Assembly: GCA_964582295.1 (NCBI GenBank)
Contig: CAZOQP010000001.1
Coordinates: 84,754 to 148,753, forward strand
Direction of reading: 5' to 3'
From: an uncultured Candidatus Saccharibacteria bacterium
Lineage (GTDB): Bacteria > Patescibacteriota > Minisyncoccia > Phycocordibacterales > Zambryskibacteraceae
DNA: 64,000 nt
Each line of letters begins with the position of its first letter. Within the stretch, counting starts at the first letter, position 1. A program made the position numbers and the translations under genes. This document shows positions 26,849 to 35,973 of this stretch, in pieces. Under the pieces are notes generated by a model, which was not told the origin of the DNA, searched no databases, and saw only the letters and a list, made by a program, of their open reading frames with translations.

Positions 26849-29047
26849 TTAATTGGAAGATGGATTGAGGGACTGGAGCAGAACTTTTAGAGCCTGGTAG
26901 ACACCAGCGATACCTGCTGAAAGGGATGGTCTTGAAGAAACTTCCAGAAGTTGGTCTTCTTCTTCCGAACCAGAGGATGGGTCTTCTGTTGGAGTAGTGC
27001 CTTGGGGGGAAACATTTACCGCCACACTATCTGAAACTGCTGTGCCGTTTGTACCCGAGCATGAGACTGCGAATACTCTGGTGCTGTAGAGGGAGGGTGA
27101 TGTACCGGATTGCGAAACTGTTGGTCCTGAATTGGATACGAAGGTGAGAGGATTGCTGCAGTAGGTAACATTGCTTGCCGTCCAAGACACGCTTACCATG
27201 CCACCGTACGCAACCGTAGCGGTGTTATCCGAACCATTTATTTTGAGGTCAATTGTAGGTCCGGAAGTTGTCGTGGTTTGCGAAGCAACATTCGCAACAA
27301 CACTTCTCGATGCGGATTGTCCGGCTGAATTCACACAGGTAAGAGTGATAGTGGTCGTCTGGGTAAGGGGACCGAACTGGAAACCGAATGCACTTAGATC
27401 TACTGTGTCGTACAGGTGAGAGGCGTTGAGGGAACACGAAGTGGCATTCGACGAGCTCCAGTTGAGAGGCGTGTAGCCATTGTATGGAGTGACGCTTGAT
27501 GACCCGAGAGTGAAGTAGCTAATGGAAGGAGCGGGAACATTTGTGGTTGGCGGCGAAGTAGTTGGAGGGGGGGGTGTTGTTGAAGATATAACGGCCACCG
27601 TTACAGATTTACTTGCCGATACCCCAACACTGTTGAAGCACGTCACCGTGTAGGTGGTCGTCTGGGACGGGTAGACATGGCTGATACCTGTGGTTTTTCC
27701 TGATTCCAAGCCAAAATTACTTGAGGAACAATAGCTCGCATTACTTGAATAAAAAGACAATGCAGATGACTGTCCGAGTGTAACTGTCGTTGGACTAGCT
27801 GTAAGGGTGACGAATGGCACAAGGAAAGTAGGGGTGCGAGTTGGCTCGGTAGCAAGAGAGACACGCACACTGTCTGACACTGTCTCTACAAGGAAACCGC
27901 GCGAATCAAACTTTTTGCAATCTATTGTGTAGGTGGTGTAGCCGTTCGGGTTCCACGATACATTTCCTACCGGATAGAAGCTTGAGCCCGCCGCATAGGC
28001 CGCAGTGTTGTTGTATTGTGCCGTCACCCCAGTTGCGAAAGCACCACTGATGACAGGATGTCCGCTCAAAGTACAGGCGCTTATGCCAGAGGATGCGGAC
28101 CACGCGAGATTAAGTGCTTGTCCTGAAGATAAAGTGACTGGCCCGTCCAAACCATTAGCTTTTATGTCTGCAGAAGATGCTGTGTTAGGAGTAGCTGGTG
28201 GAATTATAGTGGTTGGAGGGTTTGCTGGGGGAGTAGCGGGAGGAGTGGCTGGGGGAGTAGCGGGAGGAGTGGCTGGGGGAGTCGCGGGGATTACGGTTTC
28301 GCCCGGATGTAGATTCTGTCTGTCGAGGAAACTTTCAGAAACCCAGCCGTCCGCACCACCTACGAAGTCTATTCTCCACCATATATGACCGTCTCTTGTT
28401 ACCGGGCCTTGTATAACAGTGCCCCATCTGCCTGCCGGCTGCACACCAACTCGCGCAAAGCCAAGGCCAGAAGCGCTGCGCACATTCACCTGGTCATTGG
28501 TCTTCACAATGTCGCCAATCAGGAATTTAGCGGCGGTGCTAGTAACAGCCGGATTAGCGGGCGCTGTGCCGCTTGAAGTGTTGGCACACGCGAGCTCTTT
28601 CATTTTGGCGAGAGTGGCGGGGCCGGCTGTACCTCTTGCCTCCGTCCCAGATGACAAAGATACATTGACGCTGTAGGCGGTCTGGAAGTTACTTACGGCA
28701 GCATTCGTGTAAATACCGTAATATCCTGTCATGTTATCGGCAGTGAGAAGCCCTAGCGAATTCAGGAAACGCTGGAGATTAGTGACGCTTGCCCCACGAG
28801 AACCAATGGACAGGGTTTGCGTAGGGATGAGTTCGCACATAGATGAACCACCCACTGTAGGCCCCACCAAACCTTGCGCATCTGCAGCGGGAGCGGCCGC
28901 ACCAAACAGCATTACCGAAAGAACAAGGATGAGAGAGAATCGGTTGATAAGTTTCATAATAATTTTTGGCTGCTTATGGCCTCTGGCCTTATTTGTATTT
29001 TTATATTGTACTATCAAGCTCTCACCCAAGATTATTCCTGTCCCCAC
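26849..29047 (-). CDS. large secreted cell-surface protein with peptidoglycan-binding domain, SH3b-like domain, PATPP repeat linker and Ig-like repeats
   Basis: Signal peptide. PG_binding_1-like region (ASVTNLQRFLNSLGLL...GYYGIYTNAAVSNFQ). SH3b-like region (VNVRSASGLGF...WWRIDF). (PATPP)x5. Thr/Ser-rich beta domains. Confidence 0.55.
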   Translation of the reverse strand: MGTGIILGESLIVQYKNTNKARGHKQPKIIMKLINRFSLILVLSVMLFGAAAPAADAQGLVGPTVGGSSMCELIPTQTLSIGSRGASVTNLQRFLNSLGLLTADNMTGYYGIYTNAAVSNFQTAYSVNVSLSSGTEARGTAGPATLAKMKELACANTSSGTAPANPAVTSTAAKFLIGDIVKTNDQVNVRSASGLGFARVGVQPAGRWGTVIQGPVTRDGHIWWRIDFVGGADGWVSESFLDRQNLHPGETVIPATPPATPPATPPATPPATPPANPPTTIIPPATPNTASSADIKANGLDGPVTLSSGQALNLAWSASSGISACTLSGHPVISGAFATGVTAQYNNTAAYAAGSSFYPVGNVSWNPNGYTTYTIDCKKFDSRGFLVETVSDSVRVSLATEPTRTPTFLVPFVTLTASPTTVTLGQSSALSFYSSNASYCSSSNFGLESGKTTGISHVYPSQTTTYTVTCFNSVGVSASKSVTVAVISSTTPPPPTTSPPTTNVPAPSISYFTLGSSSVTPYNGYTPLNWSSSNATSCSLNASHLYDTVDLSAFGFQFGPLTQTTTITLTCVNSAGQSASRSVVANVASQTTTTSGPTIDLKINGSDNTATVAYGGMVSVSWTASNVTYCSNPLTFVSNSGPTVSQSGTSPSLYSTRVFAVSCSGTNGTAVSDSVAVNVSPQGTTPTEDPSSGSEEEDQLLEVSSRPSLSAGIAGVYQALKVLLQSLNPSSN
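28197..28290. repeat. in-frame tandem 24-nt repeat encoding the (PATPP)n linker
   Basis: GGGAGGAGTGGCTGGGGGAGTAGC repeated about 3.5 times within the CDS 26849..29047. Confidence 0.7.
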
Positions 29048-29048
29048 T

Positions 29049-29969
29049 CTATTTGCGTCTTCCGTGGAACTTCTTATGTATTTCTTTCAAATGACTGTCA
29101 GTAAAGTGTGTATATATTTGTGTAGTGGAAATACTGGCATGGCCGAGAAGCATCTGAACGGAACGCAGGTCGGCCCCGTTCGAGAGTAGATCCGTGGCAA
29201 ACATGTGCCGCAAGACATGCGGAGTAACCTTCTTAGAGATACCGGCTTGGATTGCTCTATCCTTGATAATACGTTCAACGGAGCGACTTCCCAAGGGGCC
29301 TGCTACTTTCCCCATTTGAGTAATCCTCACTAGAAGCGCTTCTTCCATGTCCTTGCGAGCTTTCAAATAATCTTTGATAGCTTTGAGTGCCCCCTCGGAG
29401 ATAAAGACCACGCGGATTTTGCCACCCTTACCCTTGATAGGGAACTCGCCAGCCTGGAAATCAATATCTGTCGTGAGCGAACAAAGCTCGGAAACTCGCA
29501 AGCCGGTAGAAAAGAGCAATTCAAGAATTACTCGGTCCCGTAAATTCTTAATATCATCTCCTTTAGGTGAGTCCATGAGCCGGGCAAGCTCGGCGGGAGA
29601 GATGAGATCTAGATGTCTCTCGCTAACCTTAGCGAGGTCGATGTATTCTGCTGCTAGAGTCTTCACTCCCTGTTTGGCTAAGTACTTGAGGAAGGCCCTA
29701 AGAGCAATGAGGTAGTAGTTCTGGGTCTTCCTAGACAGAGTTTCATTGTGTGGCGACTTGTGGCCCGTAGATTGCCTGTTGAGCCAGAGGCGGAATTCCC
29801 GCACTGAATCAGCAGAAATATCCGAAGCATTCTTTATTTTGGAATGTTCCAGAAACCTTGAAAGGTACCTGTCGTAATTTTCAATAGTTTTGAGACTCCG
29901 GCCCTTTTCTATTTCCGTATATTCCAGAAATTGGCGCTTTAATTTTTCAAGTTCGGTTTGAGATGTCAT
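29049..29969 (-). CDS. xerC: tyrosine site-specific recombinase XerC/XerD family
   Basis: C-terminal catalytic region HVLRHMFATDLLSNGADLRSVQMLLGHASISTTQIYTH, carrying the RHRY-type residues. Confidence 0.8.
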   Translation of the reverse strand: MTSQTELEKLKRQFLEYTEIEKGRSLKTIENYDRYLSRFLEHSKIKNASDISADSVREFRLWLNRQSTGHKSPHNETLSRKTQNYYLIALRAFLKYLAKQGVKTLAAEYIDLAKVSERHLDLISPAELARLMDSPKGDDIKNLRDRVILELLFSTGLRVSELCSLTTDIDFQAGEFPIKGKGGKIRVVFISEGALKAIKDYLKARKDMEEALLVRITQMGKVAGPLGSRSVERIIKDRAIQAGISKKVTPHVLRHMFATDLLSNGADLRSVQMLLGHASISTTQIYTHFTDSHLKEIHKKFHGRRK

Positions 29970-30068
29970 GCTTGCCCGTCCATAGCTTCGGCGAAGGAGG
30001 GTCGCACAATATTATAACCTCCACATTAAGACCTTGCAAAAAGGGGTTATGTATGCTATCGTTTAGGG

Positions 30069-30344
30069 GTGATAGCGAAGACCAAAAAGCAGAAAATCAT
30101 CTCGGAAACCCAAATCCACGAAACGGACAGCGGTTCTCCGGAGGTACAGATCTCCCTACTTACAAAGAGAATAGAGGAGCTTGCTTCACATTTGAAAAAA
30201 CACGCTCAGGACCATCATTCGCGTCGCGGTCTTTTGAAAATGGTTTCCATGCGCCAGAAGCACATGAAATATCTGGAAAAGAAAAGCCCGAAGCGTTTTT
30301 CTGCACTCGCCAAAAAGCTCGGGATGAAGAAAAAGACAGGCTAA
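30069..30344 (+). CDS. rpsO: 30S ribosomal protein S15
   Basis: GTG start. The HLKKHAQDHHSRRGLLKMVSMRQKHMKYL stretch is the typical S15 core. Confidence 0.9.
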   Translation: MIAKTKKQKIISETQIHETDSGSPEVQISLLTKRIEELASHLKKHAQDHHSRRGLLKMVSMRQKHMKYLEKKSPKRFSALAKKLGMKKKTG

Positions 30345-30408
30345 CACCCTACAACTGGCAACAAAATAAGATAATCAATTTTCATAATTTTGCTCCCAGT
30401 CGTTCGTT

Positions 30409-31047
30409 GTGAGTCATTTATCAAGAACTTTAAATAATTTTATGTCAGTAGTAAAACATGCAGAACAGCGCGTGGCCGTGCTCATAGACACGCAGAATCT
30501 TTATCACAGTGCGAAGAATCTTTACAGAGCTAAAGTCAATTTCAAGAACGTTCTTGAAGAATCGGTAGCTGGAAGGATCATTATCAGAGCAGTGGCTTAT
30601 GTCATTACCACAGAAGGAGGCGAGGAAAAGCCCTTTTTTGAGGCGCTTGAAAAGAACGGAATAGAGACAAAGACCAAGAACCTTCAAATATTCGCAGGTG
30701 GTGCCAAAAAAGCCGACTGGGATGTAGGCCTTGCGATAGATGCGGTCAAACTCGGGCCAAAAGTGGATGCGCTAGTGATAGTTTCAGGCGACGGCGATTT
30801 CGTGCCGCTCGTTGAATACTTAAAAAACACCCATGGATGCCAGGTTGAGGTAGCCGCTTTCGGCCGCTCAACATCTGCGCGCCTTATAGAAGTGGCAGAC
30901 GACTTCATAGACCTTGATGACAACCCTAAGAAATTTCTAATGCGTATGGGACCGTTACGTGGAGGAATGAAAAGGACACAGGATAATATTTCTGCTCCTG
31001 CCGAAGAAATGGATGGTGAGGCAGCAGAGAACGTCGTGTTAGAATAG
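30409..31047 (+). CDS. NYN-domain (LabA/YacP-like, PIN-related) protein
   Basis: VAVLIDTQNLYHS ... VIVSGDGDFVPLVEYL pattern of the NYN family. Confidence 0.65.
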   Translation: MSHLSRTLNNFMSVVKHAEQRVAVLIDTQNLYHSAKNLYRAKVNFKNVLEESVAGRIIIRAVAYVITTEGGEEKPFFEALEKNGIETKTKNLQIFAGGAKKADWDVGLAIDAVKLGPKVDALVIVSGDGDFVPLVEYLKNTHGCQVEVAAFGRSTSARLIEVADDFIDLDDNPKKFLMRMGPLRGGMKRTQDNISAPAEEMDGEAAENVVLE

Positions 31048-31052
31048 AGAGA

Positions 31053-32459
31053 ATGAATGGCGATAATACTCGCGAAAACACAGGACCTTCGGATGGTGCG
31101 AAAGAAATAAAACCCGTTTCCGGCACACCTCAATTTGAAGATGACACTGTGCAGGCGCTTCTCGCCAAAGCACGGGAAGAAGCTCAAAAAAGGGCTCGCA
31201 TAACAGAGCAAAGCGGGGGAGTAATGCCAAATGTGGTGCCTGGGGTAAGAACACAGATCCGTGAGGAAGCGCCGGGAGCAAAGATCGCCTCTCCGGCGGA
31301 ACCTGAACCGCAAACTATTGTTATTGAGAGTGAAGAGGTAAAAGAGCCGCAACCAAAGGCGCCTTTGGTTGCGGCTCAAACCCCGCCCCCGCCTTCTGTA
31401 CAAGAAATTCCCTCTATACCAACAGAGTCTCCAGTTGCCGCAGAGCCGGCATACAAATCTCCCCTTAAAAATCTGCGCACTTACCAGGGAGATGTGGCGG
31501 AGGCCCTGAAGGACAGCAATGCTTCAATGCTCTCTATCTCCCTTGCGGCACGAAAGAAAAAAGAAAAAGAGCCGCCACCCACACAAACACCAATTGAAAG
31601 AAAGCGGGAGAAGAAAAACACCATGCTTGCATTGAGTTCGGCACTCCTTTTGGTCATCGGCCTTTCAATATTGGGAAGTTTGTATTACGTACATGTCCAA
31701 AATCTTCCGGTGCCTGTCATTGAGCCGCCGCGAAGCATCATTAGTTTTGACAGAGAGACGGAAATTCTTTCGAATGGACTGACAAAAGAAAAATTCCTTT
31801 CTGTAGTGGAGGATATAAAGAACGACCCCAAAGAAAAAAATAAACCGGCCAGCAGCATCACCTATCTTCATATAGTAAAGCGCGCAAGCACTACTCCAAC
31901 TATCATCGTTACTGATTCCATAAACGGATCAGAATTTTTATCTTTACTGAAAAGCCGCGCCCCTATTTCACTTACGAGATCTTTCGTATCCTCTTTCATG
32001 CTCGGCCTTTATCGCGGCAGAAATAACGACGCTTTCATTCTTATAGAACTGTCTTCCTACGAAAATGCTTTTGATGGGATGCTTTCGTGGGAAAAAAATA
32101 TGTGGGGAGACATAGGTGCCTTGATGTCTCCGAAAATTATTTCTGTGGTGAGCGCACCGAATGCGCCTCTTGCAACAACAACCGCGAGCACTACAGCTGT
32201 TGCCACAACCACACCTGGGACAGTCGCCACAACAACAGCAACTACTACTCCTATAGTTCCTTTAGTCCCCGTAATATCAGTGAAAGAATCCTTCATTGAT
32301 AAGGTCATATCAAACAAGGACACAAGGGTGCTTTCCACTTCCTTCGGGGAAACTGTCCTGGTTTACGGCTTTGTAACCAAGGACCTCCTTCTCATAGCAT
32401 CATCGGAGGAAACCTTTAAAGCTATACTTGACAGGGCTTTCGCCGCAGAAGCCCAATAG
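31053..32459 (+). CDS. membrane-anchored hypothetical protein with Pro-rich N-terminus and Thr-rich segment
   Basis: Single TM (LALSSALLLVIGLSILGSLYYV). Low-complexity ATTTASTTAVATTT region. Confidence 0.4.
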   Translation: MNGDNTRENTGPSDGAKEIKPVSGTPQFEDDTVQALLAKAREEAQKRARITEQSGGVMPNVVPGVRTQIREEAPGAKIASPAEPEPQTIVIESEEVKEPQPKAPLVAAQTPPPPSVQEIPSIPTESPVAAEPAYKSPLKNLRTYQGDVAEALKDSNASMLSISLAARKKKEKEPPPTQTPIERKREKKNTMLALSSALLLVIGLSILGSLYYVHVQNLPVPVIEPPRSIISFDRETEILSNGLTKEKFLSVVEDIKNDPKEKNKPASSITYLHIVKRASTTPTIIVTDSINGSEFLSLLKSRAPISLTRSFVSSFMLGLYRGRNNDAFILIELSSYENAFDGMLSWEKNMWGDIGALMSPKIISVVSAPNAPLATTTASTTAVATTTPGTVATTTATTTPIVPLVPVISVKESFIDKVISNKDTRVLSTSFGETVLVYGFVTKDLLLIASSEETFKAILDRAFAAEAQ

Positions 32460-32515
32460 CAAAGCAAATAATAAAGGTAGAGCAGAATGCTTTTCCAATC
32501 TGGTATCATAATAAA

Positions 32516-32875
32516 ATGGATCAAACATCACACATGGAACTGAAAAATAAACTTGAGGAGGAGAAAAAGCTCCTGGAAAAAGAGCTTGGCGCAGTTGCCA
32601 AAAGAGACCCTGAAAATCCGGGGGACTGGGTTCCTGCAGTAGGAATGAAAGACCAATCAACTGCAGATGAGAATACGGTAGCGGACACTTTTGAAGAACT
32701 TGAGAACAATACAGGTGTGGTCACGCGCCTGGAGAACCGCCTCACCGATGTAACGGACGCTCTCACAAAAATACAAAACGGCACTTACGGAATATGTGAA
32801 AAGGGGGATCACCCCATAGAAGCCGACAGACTGGAAGCCAATCCTGCAGCCCGCACCTGCAAGGAGCATATGTAG
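32516..32875 (+). CDS. DksA/TraR-family C4 zinc-finger protein
   Basis: N-terminal coiled coil and C-terminal GICEKGDHPIEADRLEANPAARTCKEH zinc-finger pattern. Confidence 0.55.
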   Translation: MDQTSHMELKNKLEEEKKLLEKELGAVAKRDPENPGDWVPAVGMKDQSTADENTVADTFEELENNTGVVTRLENRLTDVTDALTKIQNGTYGICEKGDHPIEADRLEANPAARTCKEHM

Positions 32876-32895
32876 GTAACCTGCATAAACCAAAA

Positions 32896-34458
32896 ATGAG
32901 CTTTGCGAAAGTACACAGCGCTCAAACAAGAATGCTTTCCGCAGACATCATTGATGTAGAAGTGGATCTTTCGCGCGGACTTCATTCATTTTCAATAGTG
33001 GGCTTGCCCGACAAAGCAACCGAAGAAGCCAAGGACCGCATAAGTGCCGCCATAAAAAATTCCGGTTTCACTTCTCCCAAACAGAAAAATCAGAAAATAG
33101 TCATTGCACTCGCCCCGGCCGAGATAAAGAAAGAGGGTTCAGGTTTTGATGTGGCGATGGCGCTCGGATATCTGATGGCAATAGGCGATCTTGAAGAGAG
33201 TATGGAAAAAGATGCATTGTCGGCGGAAGAAGTGCTGAAGAAAACAGTATTTTTGGGAGAGCTTTCTCTAGATGGCATCTTGCGGCCTGTCAAAGGAGCT
33301 ATTGCCCTTGCGCAAGTAGCCCGCACCAACGGTTTCGCGGAAGTAGTGGTTCCTTTTGAGAACAGGGAGGAAGCGGCGCTCATTGACGGCATAAATGTCA
33401 TCCCTGCTCGCACGCTCACTGACGTTATTAATCATGTGCGCGGCGAAAAGATTCCGACACAGCCAAAGACCGAAGTGAAATTCCCGGAACGAGAAGAAGA
33501 AATAACATTTGATGATATCGCAAGCCAGGAAAGTGCAAAAAGAGCCCTTCTCATAGCGGCGGCAGGCATGCATAACATTGGCCTTTACGGCCCGCCCGGC
33601 ACAGGAAAAACCATGCTCGCGAAAGCTTTCCGTTCTCTTTTGCCACCGCTCTCTGACGACGAGATATTGGAAGCCACGAGTATTCATTCCATTGCCGGCA
33701 CTTTGAAAGAACCGTATATGGTGGAGCCGCCTTTCCGCTCTCCGCATCACACAGCATCTTACGTGGCGCTTGTTGGCGGTGGAGCAAATGTGAGACCGGG
33801 TGAGATTACTTTGGCGCACAGAGGGGTTCTGTTTTTGGATGAATTCGCAGAATTTGAAACACGCGTACTTGAAACTTTGCGTGAGCCGCTTGAAGAAAGA
33901 AAAATTTCCGTATCACGAGCAAAAGGAAGCGCCGTTTTTCCCGCGCATTTCATATTGGTAGCAGCTCTCAATCCATGCCCTTGCGGAAACCGGGGATTCA
34001 AAGGACCTGCGTGCGTCTGCGCAGGGAAAGATCTGATGCGATATGAAAGAAAGATATCAGGGCCGATACTTGACCGTATTGATATGTGGATTTCAGTACC
34101 GCGAATAGAGCATGAAAAACTGCTTTCAAAAAATGAGAACAAAGAAAATGAAAGGTTCAAAGAGGAAGTGAAAAAAGCGAGAGCGAAGCAAAGAGAAAGG
34201 GCAGGAAAATTAGGCTTGCAGGGTATGTGGAACGGAGCTTTAGGGGTGCGAGACGTGGTGAGGCATCTCACTTTGTCTGAAAACATTAAAAATGTTCTGA
34301 ACAATGCGGCAAAAACAATGAATCTTTCGCCGCGCGGATATCACAAAGTGGTAAAACTCGCGCGAACCATTGCGGATGTTAAAGAAAGAGAAAATATAGA
34401 AGAAGAGGACATTTTGGAAGCGCTAAGCTTCAGACCTCCGAAGACTGCTTTGGGATGA
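32896..34458 (+). CDS. comM: Mg-chelatase-like AAA+ ATPase YifB/ComM family
   Basis: Lon-like N-domain, Walker A GPPGTGKTMLAKA, Mg-chelatase subunit ChlI-like core and C-terminal domain. Confidence 0.85.
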   Translation: MSFAKVHSAQTRMLSADIIDVEVDLSRGLHSFSIVGLPDKATEEAKDRISAAIKNSGFTSPKQKNQKIVIALAPAEIKKEGSGFDVAMALGYLMAIGDLEESMEKDALSAEEVLKKTVFLGELSLDGILRPVKGAIALAQVARTNGFAEVVVPFENREEAALIDGINVIPARTLTDVINHVRGEKIPTQPKTEVKFPEREEEITFDDIASQESAKRALLIAAAGMHNIGLYGPPGTGKTMLAKAFRSLLPPLSDDEILEATSIHSIAGTLKEPYMVEPPFRSPHHTASYVALVGGGANVRPGEITLAHRGVLFLDEFAEFETRVLETLREPLEERKISVSRAKGSAVFPAHFILVAALNPCPCGNRGFKGPACVCAGKDLMRYERKISGPILDRIDMWISVPRIEHEKLLSKNENKENERFKEEVKKARAKQRERAGKLGLQGMWNGALGVRDVVRHLTLSENIKNVLNNAAKTMNLSPRGYHKVVKLARTIADVKERENIEEEDILEALSFRPPKTALG

Positions 34459-34468
34459 AGACGTCGCT

Positions 34469-34634
34469 CAGATAATACCCTTTTTCACACAGCAGTCGCT
34501 CGGGGTGATGACGAAAAGAGTACGCATAAAAATCTGCTGATTTTTTGCTCACCCTCGCGCCGTCGCGCTGCACAGCCTCTTTTCGTCATCACCCCTCGCT
34601 CTAAATAACTCTAGTGTGAAAAAGGGTATTATCT
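34469..34634. repeat. nested palindromic MITE-like repeat element B, copy 1 (outer IR AGATAATACCCTTTTTCACAC/GTGTGAAAAAGGGTATTATCT; inner 25-bp stem GTCGCTCGGGGTGATGACGAAAAGAG)
   Basis: Inner 108 bp is 98% identical to 59469..59576. The left edge CACACAGCAGTCGCTCGGG is shared with the reverse complement of element A. Confidence 0.7.
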
Positions 34635-34666
34635 TCGCTTCTTAAGTACCAGAACTTAAAGCGAGG

Positions 34667-34699
34667 AAAATATACGTAGGACAGTCCTACGTATATTTT
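34667..34699. terminator. bidirectional terminator (serves the M23 peptidase gene on the minus strand)
   Basis: ATATACGTAGGAC-AGT-CCTACGTATAT hairpin with T-tracts on both strands. Confidence 0.55.
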
Positions 34700-34733
34700 G
34701 TAGCGGAGGACATGACTCGCTCCTTAAGTAAAA

Positions 34734-35729
34734 CTAAAATGGATTCTTCGCGCCACGAACTTCAAAGTGGAGGTGGGGGCCGGTGGTTTTTCCGGTTAAT
34801 CCAACATATCCGATGACCTGGCCTTTATTTACAGATTCACCGGCGGATACGCTGTTTGAGCGATTGTGTGAATACAAAGTCTGAGTGCCGTTCGGATGTT
34901 CAATAACGATGTAATTTCCATATCCGCTGTTCCAGCCACCCTGGCGGGAAATGATAACGCGGCCTGCAGCTGCTGCCACGATAGGTGTACCAACGGGGGA
35001 AGCGAGGTCAACACCGTTGTGGCCGTGAATGCCCTGGGTGCGACGGCCAGGAACGGGCTTCATATAGTATCCGCTTGCAACATTGCTGGTGGTTTCCACG
35101 AACCTTACGGGGGTAGTAGCTGAAGTGGTTACAAGTTCGCCGTCAGGAACGATAACAACATCTCCCACGGCAAGTTTTGTTTCATTCGTAATGTCGTTGT
35201 ACGTCAAAATGTCGTCAATGCCAGCTTTGTATATCTTGGAGATGGATTGTGCTGTGTCTCCTTTCTTCACTACGTGGCGCACGCCCGATACAGGCAAAAT
35301 GGTAAGTGTTTGACCTTCTGAAATTACACTTCCTTTAAGATCGTTCGCCCAGCGAATAGTGTTCACTGACACATTAAACATTTGTGCGATAACTGAAAGA
35401 GTGTCGCCCTTTCGCACAACATATACGGAGATCTGATCAGAAGAAGGTCTGTCCTTAAGGTTTTCAGCAAGACCTCCAGCGGGAGAATCCTGCGCTACCA
35501 GCGCTCCGCCCTGCACTAATATTTCAGCGCCACCGGTGTTAGGTGCTGTATCAATGTTCAAAGGTGCCTGAAGCAGGGGAAGGTTCTGCGAATTGTAAGA
35601 CTTCACCACTTGAGCTTCGGCTGGTTTGAAAATACCACTTATGAATTCAACAAGGCCCGCGTGTGTAGCCGCGGGAGAAATGGAAAAGAGAGAGGCCGAA
35701 AGAAGGGCGGAAAAAATAGAACGCCTCAA
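34734..35729 (-). CDS. M23-family peptidoglycan endopeptidase with LysM domains
   Basis: Two LysM repeats (YVVRKGDTLSVIAQMFNVSVNTIRWAN; HVVKKGDTAQSISKIYKAGIDDILTYN). C-terminal M23 motif (HNGVDL...HLHFEV). Confidence 0.85.
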   Translation of the reverse strand: MRRSIFSALLSASLFSISPAATHAGLVEFISGIFKPAEAQVVKSYNSQNLPLLQAPLNIDTAPNTGGAEILVQGGALVAQDSPAGGLAENLKDRPSSDQISVYVVRKGDTLSVIAQMFNVSVNTIRWANDLKGSVISEGQTLTILPVSGVRHVVKKGDTAQSISKIYKAGIDDILTYNDITNETKLAVGDVVIVPDGELVTTSATTPVRFVETTSNVASGYYMKPVPGRRTQGIHGHNGVDLASPVGTPIVAAAAGRVIISRQGGWNSGYGNYIVIEHPNGTQTLYSHNRSNSVSAGESVNKGQVIGYVGLTGKTTGPHLHFEVRGAKNPF

Positions 35730-35973
35730 AACTCTGGATATGGTCCGGCGGTTCTTAGGAGAACGACCGGGCTTCGCGGGGGTGGAAGAAATAAAGTCTT
35801 TTTATATGGTAACTCTCCCGGGCGGGCGTGTAGGACGTTCGGCGTATCTGAAGAGTTACATTATAACCCTTCCATACCTGTTTTCAATTGACAAAGGGCA
35901 CAAATACGGTGGAGAAAGGCCAAAAAATGGCTTAAATGCTGGATTTTATGAAAATTTGCCGTAAGATGCCTTT

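Noticed and set aside
28197-28290. The tandem 24-nt repeat might be mistaken for a CRISPR-like array or minisatellite.
   Set aside because: It lies in-frame inside a long CDS and encodes a (PATPP)n linker. It has no spacer-repeat architecture.
29049-29969. The tyrosine recombinase could be a phage or ICE integrase.
   Set aside because: No phage, relaxase or mobility genes are adjacent. The gene has a typical XerC/D catalytic C-terminus and sits among housekeeping genes, so chromosomal Xer is the more likely call.
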